Source: an uncultured bacterium
GTDB taxonomy: Bacteria; Auribacterota; Erginobacteria; Erginobacterales; Erginobacteraceae
DNA: 64,000 nucleotides
Direction: 5' to 3'
Assembly (NCBI GenBank): GCA_963822585.1
Contig: CAWGIE010000033.1
Location: 135,255 to 199,254 of the forward strand
A model generated the notes under the pieces. That model searched no databases. It was not told where the DNA came from and worked only from the letters and a program-made list of their open reading frames with translations. Below, piece by piece: positions 29,002 to 37,498 of this stretch (its first letter is position 1; each line of letters begins with the position of its first letter). Both the position numbers and the translations under genes were made by a program.

Positions 29002-29739
29002 ATGAAACGTGCCTGGCTGATATGCCTAATTCTTTCTCTTACAAGCGCCGGAGTCCTCGCTGAAACCATACCTGCGACAGCAACAACCCGGATCGTGGAC
29101 GAGCGGTACCCCGACGGGCACACGAAGGTCTGGGGACGGGTGGAACAAAGCCCCCAGGGTATCCCGAAGAGAACGGAAGAATGGACTTTCTGGTTCCCCG
29201 ACGGCAAGATCAAGGCCCAGGGGCAATACCGGTCGGGGGAAATGACCGGGCCGGAGGGGACCACCGGGATTCCCCTTCCCGGCAGGGAAGGGCTGTGGAT
29301 ATTCTGGTATCCGAACGGGCAAAAACGCCAGGAGGCAATTTATAGCGACGGCAGGAAGAACGGCTCGTTTAAAACCTGGTTTGAAAACGGGGTCCAGGAA
29401 TCGGAGGGATTTTACCTCAACGACCGCAAAGACGGCAAGTGGGTCATCTGGTGGCCGGACGGCCGGCAGAGATTCCGGGGGTATTTTCGGGCGGGGGAAG
29501 AATCAGGCATCGTCCGTTTCTGGCATGAGAACGGCCAGCTCGCGGTACAGGGGACTTTCCGGGAAGGGGTCAGGGAAGGTAAATTCACCTATTGGCATCC
29601 GAACGGCATGAAATTGGCGGCGGGAGATTTTAAAAACGGGAAGCAGATGGGGCGCTGGATAGAGTGGGACGCGGACGGGAAGATGCGCCGGGCCGTCAGT
29701 TACAGTGAGGGAGAGCCGATCGGGGAGAAGACGTTTTAA
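29002..29739 (+). CDS. Secreted MORN-variant repeat protein (YwqK-like)
   Basis: Signal peptide, repeated W-[YFH]-x-[ND]-G units. Confidence 0.85.
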   Translation: MKRAWLICLILSLTSAGVLAETIPATATTRIVDERYPDGHTKVWGRVEQSPQGIPKRTEEWTFWFPDGKIKAQGQYRSGEMTGPEGTTGIPLPGREGLWIFWYPNGQKRQEAIYSDGRKNGSFKTWFENGVQESEGFYLNDRKDGKWVIWWPDGRQRFRGYFRAGEESGIVRFWHENGQLAVQGTFREGVREGKFTYWHPNGMKLAAGDFKNGKQMGRWIEWDADGKMRRAVSYSEGEPIGEKTF

Positions 29740-30001
29740 AAAACAAACATCGAACGTCCAACGCTCAACGTTCAACTTTCAACGAACGAATATCCAATGA
29801 CCAATGTCCAATAACCAATAGCCAAATACAGGCGGCGCGAACAGGGGGGTAGTTGGAAATTGGCAGTTGGTCATTGGAAATTGGACATTCATTTTTGCGT
29901 CTTTTGCGCCTTCCGAAAAAAGACCGTTCCGGGCTTCCCGGGACTACGTTTTTGCGGCTAAAAAAGGGGGGACGAGGCGAGAATCCGGGGCATTTTTGCG
30001 G

Positions 30002-31171
30002 CTAAAACACGTATCCGGCGGTGAACTCCCAGACGGAGTTCTTCTCATCGCCGCCGCTGAAAGCACTGGTCAGCGAGGGACAATAGCGGATATCGAGATT
30101 GATCAGCCCCGATCCCAGCGGGATGTCCACGCCGCCGCCCACGACGAAACCGAACTCGAAACTATTCAGATCGGCGACCGAGTCCGGGATCGCGGTGGAC
30201 TGTCCCTTGTAACGGGCTTCCAGGTTATCCCCGATTTTTATTCCGATAGACGGGCCGGCAAAGAGATGGGGCTTGACCTTCCACTCGAGAGGGAAAGCGT
30301 ACTTGGCCAGGATCGGAATCTCCAGATAGTTCATCTCCAGGGTTATATCCAGCGTGCTGCCCTGGTAGTTTTCCGAATACTCCGCCCCTTTCATGGTGTA
30401 GAGCAGTTCCGGCTGAATGGTAAACGATTCGTTTACGATCCAGCGCAGAAATACTCCTCCGGTGAAACCGGTCCTCCCGTCCCAATTCCCGGCACTGCCG
30501 CCGTAAAGACCGGCCAGGGCCAGGCCGGCTTTCAAACCGACCCGGACATCCGGCAAAAACGGCGGGGAGGAAGGACGGACACCGCCCGGGCTTTCCTGCC
30601 GGCCGGCAAGTTCTTTTCGGGGAGTATACATAAGTGATTCGGGGGCCGTTGCCGGTCCGGGGGAATGGCCCGGCGTCGGTGGAGGAACCCCTCCCGCCGG
30701 CTTCAGTGCCAGGTCCCCGACCAGATCGAGAGCGGCCATTTCCGCCCCTTTCACCCTCGTCCCCCGCGTGGATCCCTCGGCAATGGTTGTCTCTCTGTCC
30801 ACCAGGGAGGCGGAGGCCACCGTGACCAGGGATGTCTTCAGGATGTATACTTCCCCCTCTTTTTTCACGGTTCCGAAAACAACCAGATCCGCCTGGAGCG
30901 CCTTCCCCCGGTTCACGGCACAGGCAAGCTCGGCGCAATATCCGTCTCTCCGCAGTTCGTAGAGCTGCTCTATCCGTGCGCTTTCAATCAGGTCGGCATA
31001 TTCCAGCGCCCGGATTTCCTCGGAAAAATAGCCCGTAAATTCCGCGGCTATATTCGGACTGACATTGGCGAGGGGCTGGAAAGGCATGACCGCCAGCACG
31101 GGCCGTGACTCCGCCCGGGCGGTTGTCAAACAGACCAGGAGTATGGCCGCGGTGAGAAAATATTTTTTCAT
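30002..31171 (-). CDS. CsgG/FlgO-like N-domain fused to a porin-family outer membrane beta-barrel
   Basis: VLAVMPF...ADLVVFGTV N-domain, Pro-rich linker, GLKAGL, IQPELLY, YLEIPIL, terminal GYVF. Confidence 0.75.
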   Translation of the reverse strand: MKKYFLTAAILLVCLTTARAESRPVLAVMPFQPLANVSPNIAAEFTGYFSEEIRALEYADLIESARIEQLYELRRDGYCAELACAVNRGKALQADLVVFGTVKKEGEVYILKTSLVTVASASLVDRETTIAEGSTRGTRVKGAEMAALDLVGDLALKPAGGVPPPTPGHSPGPATAPESLMYTPRKELAGRQESPGGVRPSSPPFLPDVRVGLKAGLALAGLYGGSAGNWDGRTGFTGGVFLRWIVNESFTIQPELLYTMKGAEYSENYQGSTLDITLEMNYLEIPILAKYAFPLEWKVKPHLFAGPSIGIKIGDNLEARYKGQSTAIPDSVADLNSFEFGFVVGGGVDIPLGSGLINLDIRYCPSLTSAFSGGDEKNSVWEFTAGYVF

Positions 31172-31358
31172 GATCGGTGAGTTAACCTTACTCGTATGAA
31201 TATTTTGCCGTGATTTTTTGCCCCGTTTGAGCGATTTATAGGCTCCAATAGTTCAAACGGTTTGAACGGCAGTGAGCAAAGTAAAGCAACCGGGGCGATC
31301 TGTAAACGAAAATAATAAATAAATCAATATATTTGCGCGTGGAGATTCTTTTACCTTT

Positions 31359-31425
31359 TGTCGTTGTTCAAGTCTAACCCGATTTATTCCCGCCTGTACA
31401 GGCGGGAATAAATCGGGTTAGACTT
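31359..31425. repeat. TGTCRTTGTTCAA motif plus 56-bp perfect palindrome
   Basis: 31370-31425 is a perfect palindrome; motif shared with 582, 7508, 40254, 40884. Confidence 0.9.
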
Positions 31426-31465
31426 CTATTGACGAAAACGGATGGTCCATTTTATAGTAGCCGCC

Positions 31466-32968
31466 ATGAAAATCATGAAAATAATGATACTAAGCGTTTT
31501 TTCTCTTGTCCTGCTCGGAACAGTCATGCTCCCTCCTCTCCCGGCGCAGGAAATGTGGCTGGTCTGGGCGGATCCCGGGGCCCCGGGGAACCCCATCTTT
31601 CTCAGTCAGCGCCGGGCGGCAGCCTGGACCACGGAGCAATATCCGGGCGGCGGAGGGAATTGGACGAATTACATGCCCTGCCTGGGGATCGACGGGGAGG
31701 GGAACCCCTGTCTGGTCTGGGCCGCCCAGATTGAGAATAATCCGGCGCGGATCTATTACTCCCGCCGGGAGAACGGAGGATGGAGTCTTCCCCGGGCGGT
31801 GAGCGGCGCCGGCGGCGGATGGGAGAGCACTCCCTCGATTATCTTCGATCGTGACGGTTTCCTCTGGATCGCCTGGTCCGCGGTAGCCGGACCGAGCAGC
31901 GAGATCTTCTGCGCCCGGGCCGAAGGAGAAGCTTTCACCCGGCCGGTCATGGTCAGCACCCCGGATGACTCACCTGACGCCCGCCCGGTTATTTCTCTCG
32001 ACACGGACGGCGGGCCGGTCGTCACCTGGGAGGGATGGACCGGCCGGGGGTATGGATATTTCTCCAGTCGCTTCCGGGAAGGAAACTGGTCGCCGGAAGA
32101 GGCCGCCGCCCGACCCGGCGGGTTCGTGCTCGCCCCCGCCGCCGTGGCCGGCGCCCCCCTCTCCTCCGAAGCCCTGGCCGAAAAAGGCGCCTGGGTGATC
32201 AGCCGGGATCGGGAGGGCCTCTGGGAAGCCGGCCGCTGCCGGGATATGCCGACGGCGGTCTCCCCGCCGGTTACCGGCGGGGCCGTCCCCGGAGGGGCCG
32301 ACGGCAACCATCAGTATACCGGCTTCGGCGACAGCATCACCTATGGAGCTCCCGATAAACACAAGTGCTACATCCCCCTCCTGAAAACCGGGCTCGAGAG
32401 TTCCTACCCCGGCACTGTTTACACAATCAATAACGAGGGTTATCCCCGGGCCCGGACCTATCACCTGCTCGACGGGGGAGGCTTCAGCCCCTGGAAGTGT
32501 CCCGGCATCGACGCGGTCCTCGACGCCCACACCGCCACCATCATCCTGATCATGGCCGGGACCAACGATATCGAAGACGGCGACAACTACTCCGATATCA
32601 GCTGGAACCTGGGAGAGATGGTCGACCGGTCCCGGACGCACGGCTATGAGCCCATCCTCGCCACCATCATCCCCCGCTGGGACTCATCCCTGGTCCTCCA
32701 GCGATCGCAGACGCTCGACCTTGCCTACATCCGTCCGCTGGCCGACGAGAAAAACGTTCGCCTGGCCGATCCCTGGCAGGTGTTCATCGATTACGGGAAC
32801 TACGGCAACCTCTACGAGAGCGATCATGTCCACCCGAAATGGACCGCGGGCGACCAGAAGATCGCCGACGCCTGGTTCGCCGCCATCCCCGCTCCCGCAT
32901 CTCCCTCCGAGGGCGGAGGACTGGATGAGATCATCAAATGGTCGGAACAGTGGGCGTCCGGTCTATAA
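31466..32968 (+). CDS. Secreted SGNH/GDSL hydrolase with N-terminal propeller-like repeats
   Basis: FGDSIT, NEGYPR, AGTND, DHVHP blocks. Confidence 0.85.
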   Translation: MKIMKIMILSVFSLVLLGTVMLPPLPAQEMWLVWADPGAPGNPIFLSQRRAAAWTTEQYPGGGGNWTNYMPCLGIDGEGNPCLVWAAQIENNPARIYYSRRENGGWSLPRAVSGAGGGWESTPSIIFDRDGFLWIAWSAVAGPSSEIFCARAEGEAFTRPVMVSTPDDSPDARPVISLDTDGGPVVTWEGWTGRGYGYFSSRFREGNWSPEEAAARPGGFVLAPAAVAGAPLSSEALAEKGAWVISRDREGLWEAGRCRDMPTAVSPPVTGGAVPGGADGNHQYTGFGDSITYGAPDKHKCYIPLLKTGLESSYPGTVYTINNEGYPRARTYHLLDGGGFSPWKCPGIDAVLDAHTATIILIMAGTNDIEDGDNYSDISWNLGEMVDRSRTHGYEPILATIIPRWDSSLVLQRSQTLDLAYIRPLADEKNVRLADPWQVFIDYGNYGNLYESDHVHPKWTAGDQKIADAWFAAIPAPASPSEGGGLDEIIKWSEQWASGL

Positions 32969-32995
32969 ATTTGCGAGCGAAGCGAGCTAATTTAT

Positions 32996-33787
32996 ATGGT
33001 CGTTGACTTTCATACCCACGCCTTCCCCGATCAGCTGGCCGCTGAAGCACTGGACCGCCTGCAGGAGCATTCCGGCGATTACCGGGCCCATCACGACGGG
33101 ACTATCCGGGGGCTGCTGGCTTCCATGGACCGTGCCGGTATCGAGAAGGCGGTGGTCGTCTCCATCGCCACCAAGCCGAAACAGGTACCCCGGATTACCG
33201 ACTGGTCGATCAGCATCCAGGGAGAACGTATTATCCCCTTCCCTTCCATTCATCCCCACTACAGAGAGTTCGGAAAGGAGCTGGACCGGATCAAGAAAGC
33301 GGGGCTCAAGGGGATCAAGCTGCATCCGATGTACCAGGATTTCGCGATCGATGATCCCGAGCTTTTCCCTCTCTACCGGGCCATCGCCGACCGGGAGCTG
33401 ATCTGCCTCTTCCATTCCGGGAATGACATCGCCTTCCCGGCCAATGATCAGGCTTCACCCTTCCGGCTCGCCCGCGTCCTGGACGCCGTCCCGGGACTGA
33501 TCGCCGTGGCCGCCCACCTGGGAGGATGGACAACCTGGAAAGAGGTCTCGAAAACGCTGCTGGGACGCCCCGTCTATCTGGAAACCTCCTTCGCGCTCCC
33601 CGAAGCCGCCCCCGACGACTTCCGCGGCATTCTGGACACCCATCCCCCCGAGTATTTCCTCTTCGGGACCGACACGCCCTGGCTCGACCAGAAGGAAGAG
33701 CTGGCAAGGTGGACGGCTCTTGACATTCCGGGTGCTTTTAAAGAGATGATCTTTTTTAAAAACGCCCAACGATTGCTGAACTTCTGA
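32996..33787 (+). CDS. Amidohydrolase (Amidohydro_2)
   Basis: DFHTH, GIKLHP, AAHLGG, LFGTDTPW, NAQRLL. Confidence 0.92.
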   Translation: MVVDFHTHAFPDQLAAEALDRLQEHSGDYRAHHDGTIRGLLASMDRAGIEKAVVVSIATKPKQVPRITDWSISIQGERIIPFPSIHPHYREFGKELDRIKKAGLKGIKLHPMYQDFAIDDPELFPLYRAIADRELICLFHSGNDIAFPANDQASPFRLARVLDAVPGLIAVAAHLGGWTTWKEVSKTLLGRPVYLETSFALPEAAPDDFRGILDTHPPEYFLFGTDTPWLDQKEELARWTALDIPGAFKEMIFFKNAQRLLNF

Positions 33788-33831
33788 TATAATTTCGATT
33801 GCCCCACACCATCCGATCGAGGAGCTACGTC

Positions 33832-35475
33832 ATGAGCGAAACCGAAGAGCACAAAAAAAATAGTATGGAAGATATGCTGAAGGACCTGAGCGATTACGTT
33901 CAGAAGAAATACGGGAGCAAGCCGATCGTGAACCTGGCCCCCGCCTTCCGGGCCGGATCCGCTCCGCCGCCGGCGGTGGAAGAGAAAAAGTTCAAACTGG
34001 AGTTCAATTACACCCCGCGCCAGGTCAAGGAATTTCTGGACCGTTTCGTCATCAAGCAGGAAGACAGCAAAAAGGTACTCTCGATCGCGGTCTGCGATCA
34101 TTATAACCACGCCACCCGCGACCTGGACAGGAACACCAACTATGATTACTCCAAGCAGAACGTCATGCTGATCGGGCCGACCGGTGTCGGGAAGACGTAT
34201 CTGATCAAGTGCATCGCGCGGCTAATCGGGGTGCCCTTCGTCAAGGCCGATGCCACCAAGTACAGCGAAACCGGCTACGTGGGAAAAAACGTGGAGGACC
34301 TGGTCCGCGAGCTTGTCCATAAAGCCGAGGGGAACATTCAGCTCGCCCAGTACGGGATCGTTTATATCGACGAAGTGGACAAGATAGCCAGCGCCTTCAA
34401 CCTGTCGGGGAGGGATGTCAGCGGCGCCGGCGTCCAGAGGAATTTGCTCAAGCTGATGGAAGAGTCGGAGGTCCCCCTCCGGGACCCGATGGACGTTTCC
34501 TCCCAGCTGGAGGCCGTCATGGAGTTTCAGCAGGGGGGCAAGATCGAACCCAAAGTCATCAACACGCGCCACATTCTTTTCATCGTGAGCGGGGCCTTCG
34601 CTGAACTGGCCGGCATCGTCAAGCGGAGGGAAAAACGGCAGGCGGTCGGTTTCAGCGGCCATACCGAGGAGAAAAAGCCCGATTTCCGGTATCTCCAGAT
34701 GGCTTCGACCAGGGATTTCATCGAATACGGACTGGAGCCGGAATTTATCGGACGGCTGCCGGTCCGGGTCGTCTGCGAGGATCTTGACGAAAAAGACCTT
34801 TTCCACATCCTGACCCGTTCCGAGGGCTCGATTATCAAGCAGTACGAAGCCTCTTTCGATGCCTTCGGCATCACGGTGGCCTTCACCCGGGACGGGATGA
34901 AAGAGATCGCCCGTTTGGCCTGCCGGGAAGAGACCGGAGCTCGAGGGCTGCTCACGGTTTGCGAGAGGGCTTTGAGGGACTTCAAGTACGAGCTGCCGTC
35001 CACCGGGATCAAGCGTTTCAGCGTCGACCGGCAGTTGGTCAGGCGCCCCCGGGTAGCCTTTAAAAAGATTCTCCAGGATCCGCGAAGCACTGATGACTCT
35101 TACATCCGGGAGAGCGTCTCCCTTTTCGAAGAAAGCTTTTCCCGGGAGCACCGACTGAAGATTACCTTCACCCCGGAGGCGATCGAAACCGCTCGAAAGC
35201 AGGCCGAAGAAGCCTCTATCCCGATCGAAAAGTTCTGCGGCCTGATCCTGAAAGACTACCCCTACGGCTTGAGATTGATCCAGCAGAACAGCGGCGAGCA
35301 GGAGTTCGTCATTACCCGGGAGGCGGTCGAGAAACCGGGTGAAACCTTGAGCGGTTGGATCAAGCAAGCTTACGGGGGGGGCACCGGGACGGAGGCGGCA
35401 AAGAGGAAAAAACAATCGTCCGCCGTTCAAAACCGCGCCCCGGGCAAAAAGACCAACCCGAAAGGATCAGGGTAG
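33832..35475 (+). CDS. clpX: ClpX-like AAA+ ATPase lacking the N-terminal zinc domain, with C-terminal extension
   Basis: GPTGVGKT, GYVG pore loop, IDEVDK, RDVSGAGVQ, VGF loop, PEFIGRLP, TGARGL. Confidence 0.8.
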   Translation: MSETEEHKKNSMEDMLKDLSDYVQKKYGSKPIVNLAPAFRAGSAPPPAVEEKKFKLEFNYTPRQVKEFLDRFVIKQEDSKKVLSIAVCDHYNHATRDLDRNTNYDYSKQNVMLIGPTGVGKTYLIKCIARLIGVPFVKADATKYSETGYVGKNVEDLVRELVHKAEGNIQLAQYGIVYIDEVDKIASAFNLSGRDVSGAGVQRNLLKLMEESEVPLRDPMDVSSQLEAVMEFQQGGKIEPKVINTRHILFIVSGAFAELAGIVKRREKRQAVGFSGHTEEKKPDFRYLQMASTRDFIEYGLEPEFIGRLPVRVVCEDLDEKDLFHILTRSEGSIIKQYEASFDAFGITVAFTRDGMKEIARLACREETGARGLLTVCERALRDFKYELPSTGIKRFSVDRQLVRRPRVAFKKILQDPRSTDDSYIRESVSLFEESFSREHRLKITFTPEAIETARKQAEEASIPIEKFCGLILKDYPYGLRLIQQNSGEQEFVITREAVEKPGETLSGWIKQAYGGGTGTEAAKRKKQSSAVQNRAPGKKTNPKGSG

Positions 35476-35518
35476 AACGGCCGGAAATCTTTTCCCGCCG
35501 GTGCCGGTTACGGAGAGA

Positions 35519-36085
35519 TCAGTCCCGGTTTCCCCCGGCACCTTCGCCCTCTTCTCCGGCGGCGGACGTATCTCCTTCCTTCTCGAGATCGATCAACTCT
35601 TTTACCTGTTTCTGGACGGCCTCCACCTCGACCAGACTGAGATGGGGATCGCGTACCAGGTAGGTATCGCCGGATTCATTATGTTCGTAGACGATTAATT
35701 CCCGGCCTTCTTTATCCTTTATCGTTTCCCGGGGTGAAAGCACCTTTTTCCTCTCTTCCAGAAGCGCGAGAATGTAACAGAGATTGATGTGCGGCGCTTC
35801 TTCCGATCCGATATAGCGGTCGAGAAGGCGTTCGATCACATCTTTCTTGATCTCTTCTTTCCCGGAGGGAGCGGCGAGCCTCTTGAAACGCCCCTGCCAG
35901 TAAGCGCTCTCCGGCGTCTTTTCTGCCGGGGGTTTTCTTTCCTTCCAGCAGCGGACACAGTAATCCTTCCTCTCCGGTTCCTCTCCCGAAATATGGAGGA
36001 CCGTATGGTAGATCTGCTCGATTTCGAAAGGACGCTCACAGGCCGAGCAGAAGCGGCTTCGCGATTTAATTTCCCAGTTCCTCAT
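35519..36085 (-). CDS. Hypothetical protein with CxxC...CxxC
   Basis: CSAC and DYCVRCW, YILALLEERKKVL. Confidence 0.7.
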   Translation of the reverse strand: MRNWEIKSRSRFCSACERPFEIEQIYHTVLHISGEEPERKDYCVRCWKERKPPAEKTPESAYWQGRFKRLAAPSGKEEIKKDVIERLLDRYIGSEEAPHINLCYILALLEERKKVLSPRETIKDKEGRELIVYEHNESGDTYLVRDPHLSLVEVEAVQKQVKELIDLEKEGDTSAAGEEGEGAGGNRD

Positions 36086-36183
36086 TTTTATTTTTCCTTC
36101 GGAAAAATAAAATCACCTGTCGGCACATATAATCCGCTTTTATTTTTTAAGTTCTCTTCCCTTTTTATGATGTATCCATCACA

Positions 36184-36723
36184 TTACAGACGGGACACAA
36201 GCAGTTTAACAGCTTCGATCACCGTTGATGTTACCGCGGCAAAACGATCCCGCGTTAACTCGACGATCTCGACGTCCGGGCGGGATTTGATCCGGTCGAC
36301 AAACGGACCGGACCCGGCTTTAATAACCCCCAGAACCGGGAGATCGCTCTCCAGGCAGGCGATCACCGCTTCCTGGAAACGGGAGCTGACAATCTCCATG
36401 TTTCCGATCTCATCGATCACGATGAGATCACGGTACAATAGTGATTCTTCCAGGGCCCGGGCGGCGACTTCTTCCATATCCGTCAGGTTGATCCCGTAAG
36501 CCCCATGACGATACGGCCCCGGCAGCCCGATACCCGCCAGAACGCCGTCCATTCTCGGCAGTCCGGGGGTCAGGGCTTGGATTCTGAAACCGGTCCGTCT
36601 TCCCCGCTCCCGGATCTCCTCGGTAAAAAAACCGGTCGCCGCGAGGTTCAGTTCTCCGATTATCTGCCGGATCAGTGTCGTCTTGCCGACACCGGGGCGA
36701 CCGGTGATGAGGATGTTGGTCAT
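36184..36723 (-). CDS. Nucleoside triphosphatase (NTPase_1/THEP1 family)
   Basis: ITGRPGVGKTT, GFFTEEIR, IDEIGNME. Confidence 0.9.
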   Translation of the reverse strand: MTNILITGRPGVGKTTLIRQIIGELNLAATGFFTEEIRERGRRTGFRIQALTPGLPRMDGVLAGIGLPGPYRHGAYGINLTDMEEVAARALEESLLYRDLIVIDEIGNMEIVSSRFQEAVIACLESDLPVLGVIKAGSGPFVDRIKSRPDVEIVELTRDRFAAVTSTVIEAVKLLVSRL

Positions 36724-36736
36724 TATAGTGAAATAC

Positions 36737-36860
36737 AGGTTACGAAGGGTTACGAAATGTTACGAGGGGTTACGGGAGGTTACCCTCCGCCACCACCAAA
36801 GCCAACACTCCGTAATATCTCGTAACCTCTCCGTAACCTTCCCGTAACCTCACGTAACTC
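36737..36860. repeat. Palindromic element with 10-11 nt GTTACG/CGTAAC periodicity
   Basis: Five GTTAC units followed by five GTAA(C) units. Confidence 0.85.
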
Positions 36861-36863
36861 AGT

Positions 36864-37328
36864 TTATTCCCCCTTCTTATCGGTACCTTCATCCGGCGGC
36901 GGCGTGATGATCGGGCCAGAGGCCTTTTCCGGTTTCTCCTTCTCTTCCTTTTTCTCTTCCTTTCCAGTCGATGCCGGTGGAGATTCCGCGGCCACCTTCT
37001 CCGCTGGAGGCTCTTTCGCTGCCTCTTCTTTTTTCGCGGGTTGGGGTTTTTCCTTCTCCCTGATGAAGTTCATCCGCAGGTCGGTGATGGTCTGGCTGAG
37101 CAGATCCTCTTCTTCCTTTGCCAGGTTCCCCTTCGTCTTCTTCTCCAGCATCCCCAGAATATCGATGAACCCCTGGGCGGAATCCAGGTTTCTCTCGACT
37201 TTCCCGGTCAGGGGGTTGGAGAGTTTCCCCATGGCCTGGTACGCTGACGAAGCGAACATGGTAACCAGGGAATAAAACCTGATCGCGTCCATGTCCGGTG
37301 GGTTCGGCTTCTTCTTTTCTTCACTCAT
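36864..37328 (-). CDS. DUF1844-like protein with low-complexity tail
   Basis: MGKLSNP, IDILGMLEKKTKGNL, LRMNF. Confidence 0.85.
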   Translation of the reverse strand: MSEEKKKPNPPDMDAIRFYSLVTMFASSAYQAMGKLSNPLTGKVERNLDSAQGFIDILGMLEKKTKGNLAKEEEDLLSQTITDLRMNFIREKEKPQPAKKEEAAKEPPAEKVAAESPPASTGKEEKKEEKEKPEKASGPIITPPPDEGTDKKGE

Positions 37329-37498
37329 GATGTACCTCCATCATTTATCGTTTCACTATTAAGGTAACATAAAATAGCAATGCCTCGTAATGACGGAACC
37401 CGAAAGAATACCTGATGACAAATGACTAACCACCATCCCCTGGCCTATTTTAAGGCATAAAAGATCCAAATACCGCTCCCGCGCCCGGAGTCCCTTCG

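Noticed and set aside
29002..29739. Toxin-antitoxin module (YwqK-like antitoxin)
   Set aside because: It has a signal peptide and no neighbouring toxin gene; more likely a generic MORN-repeat protein.
31371..31424. Integron attC site (GTCTAAC...GTTAGAC matches RYYYAAC/GTTRRRY)
   Set aside because: It is a perfect palindrome lacking extrahelical bases and an unpaired spacer; sister hairpins fit the core poorly; no integrase is in the window.
32152..32190. In-frame REP-like insert in the SGNH gene (LSSEALAEKG)
   Set aside because: Resemblance is from memory only; single degenerate copy with no empty allele in the window.
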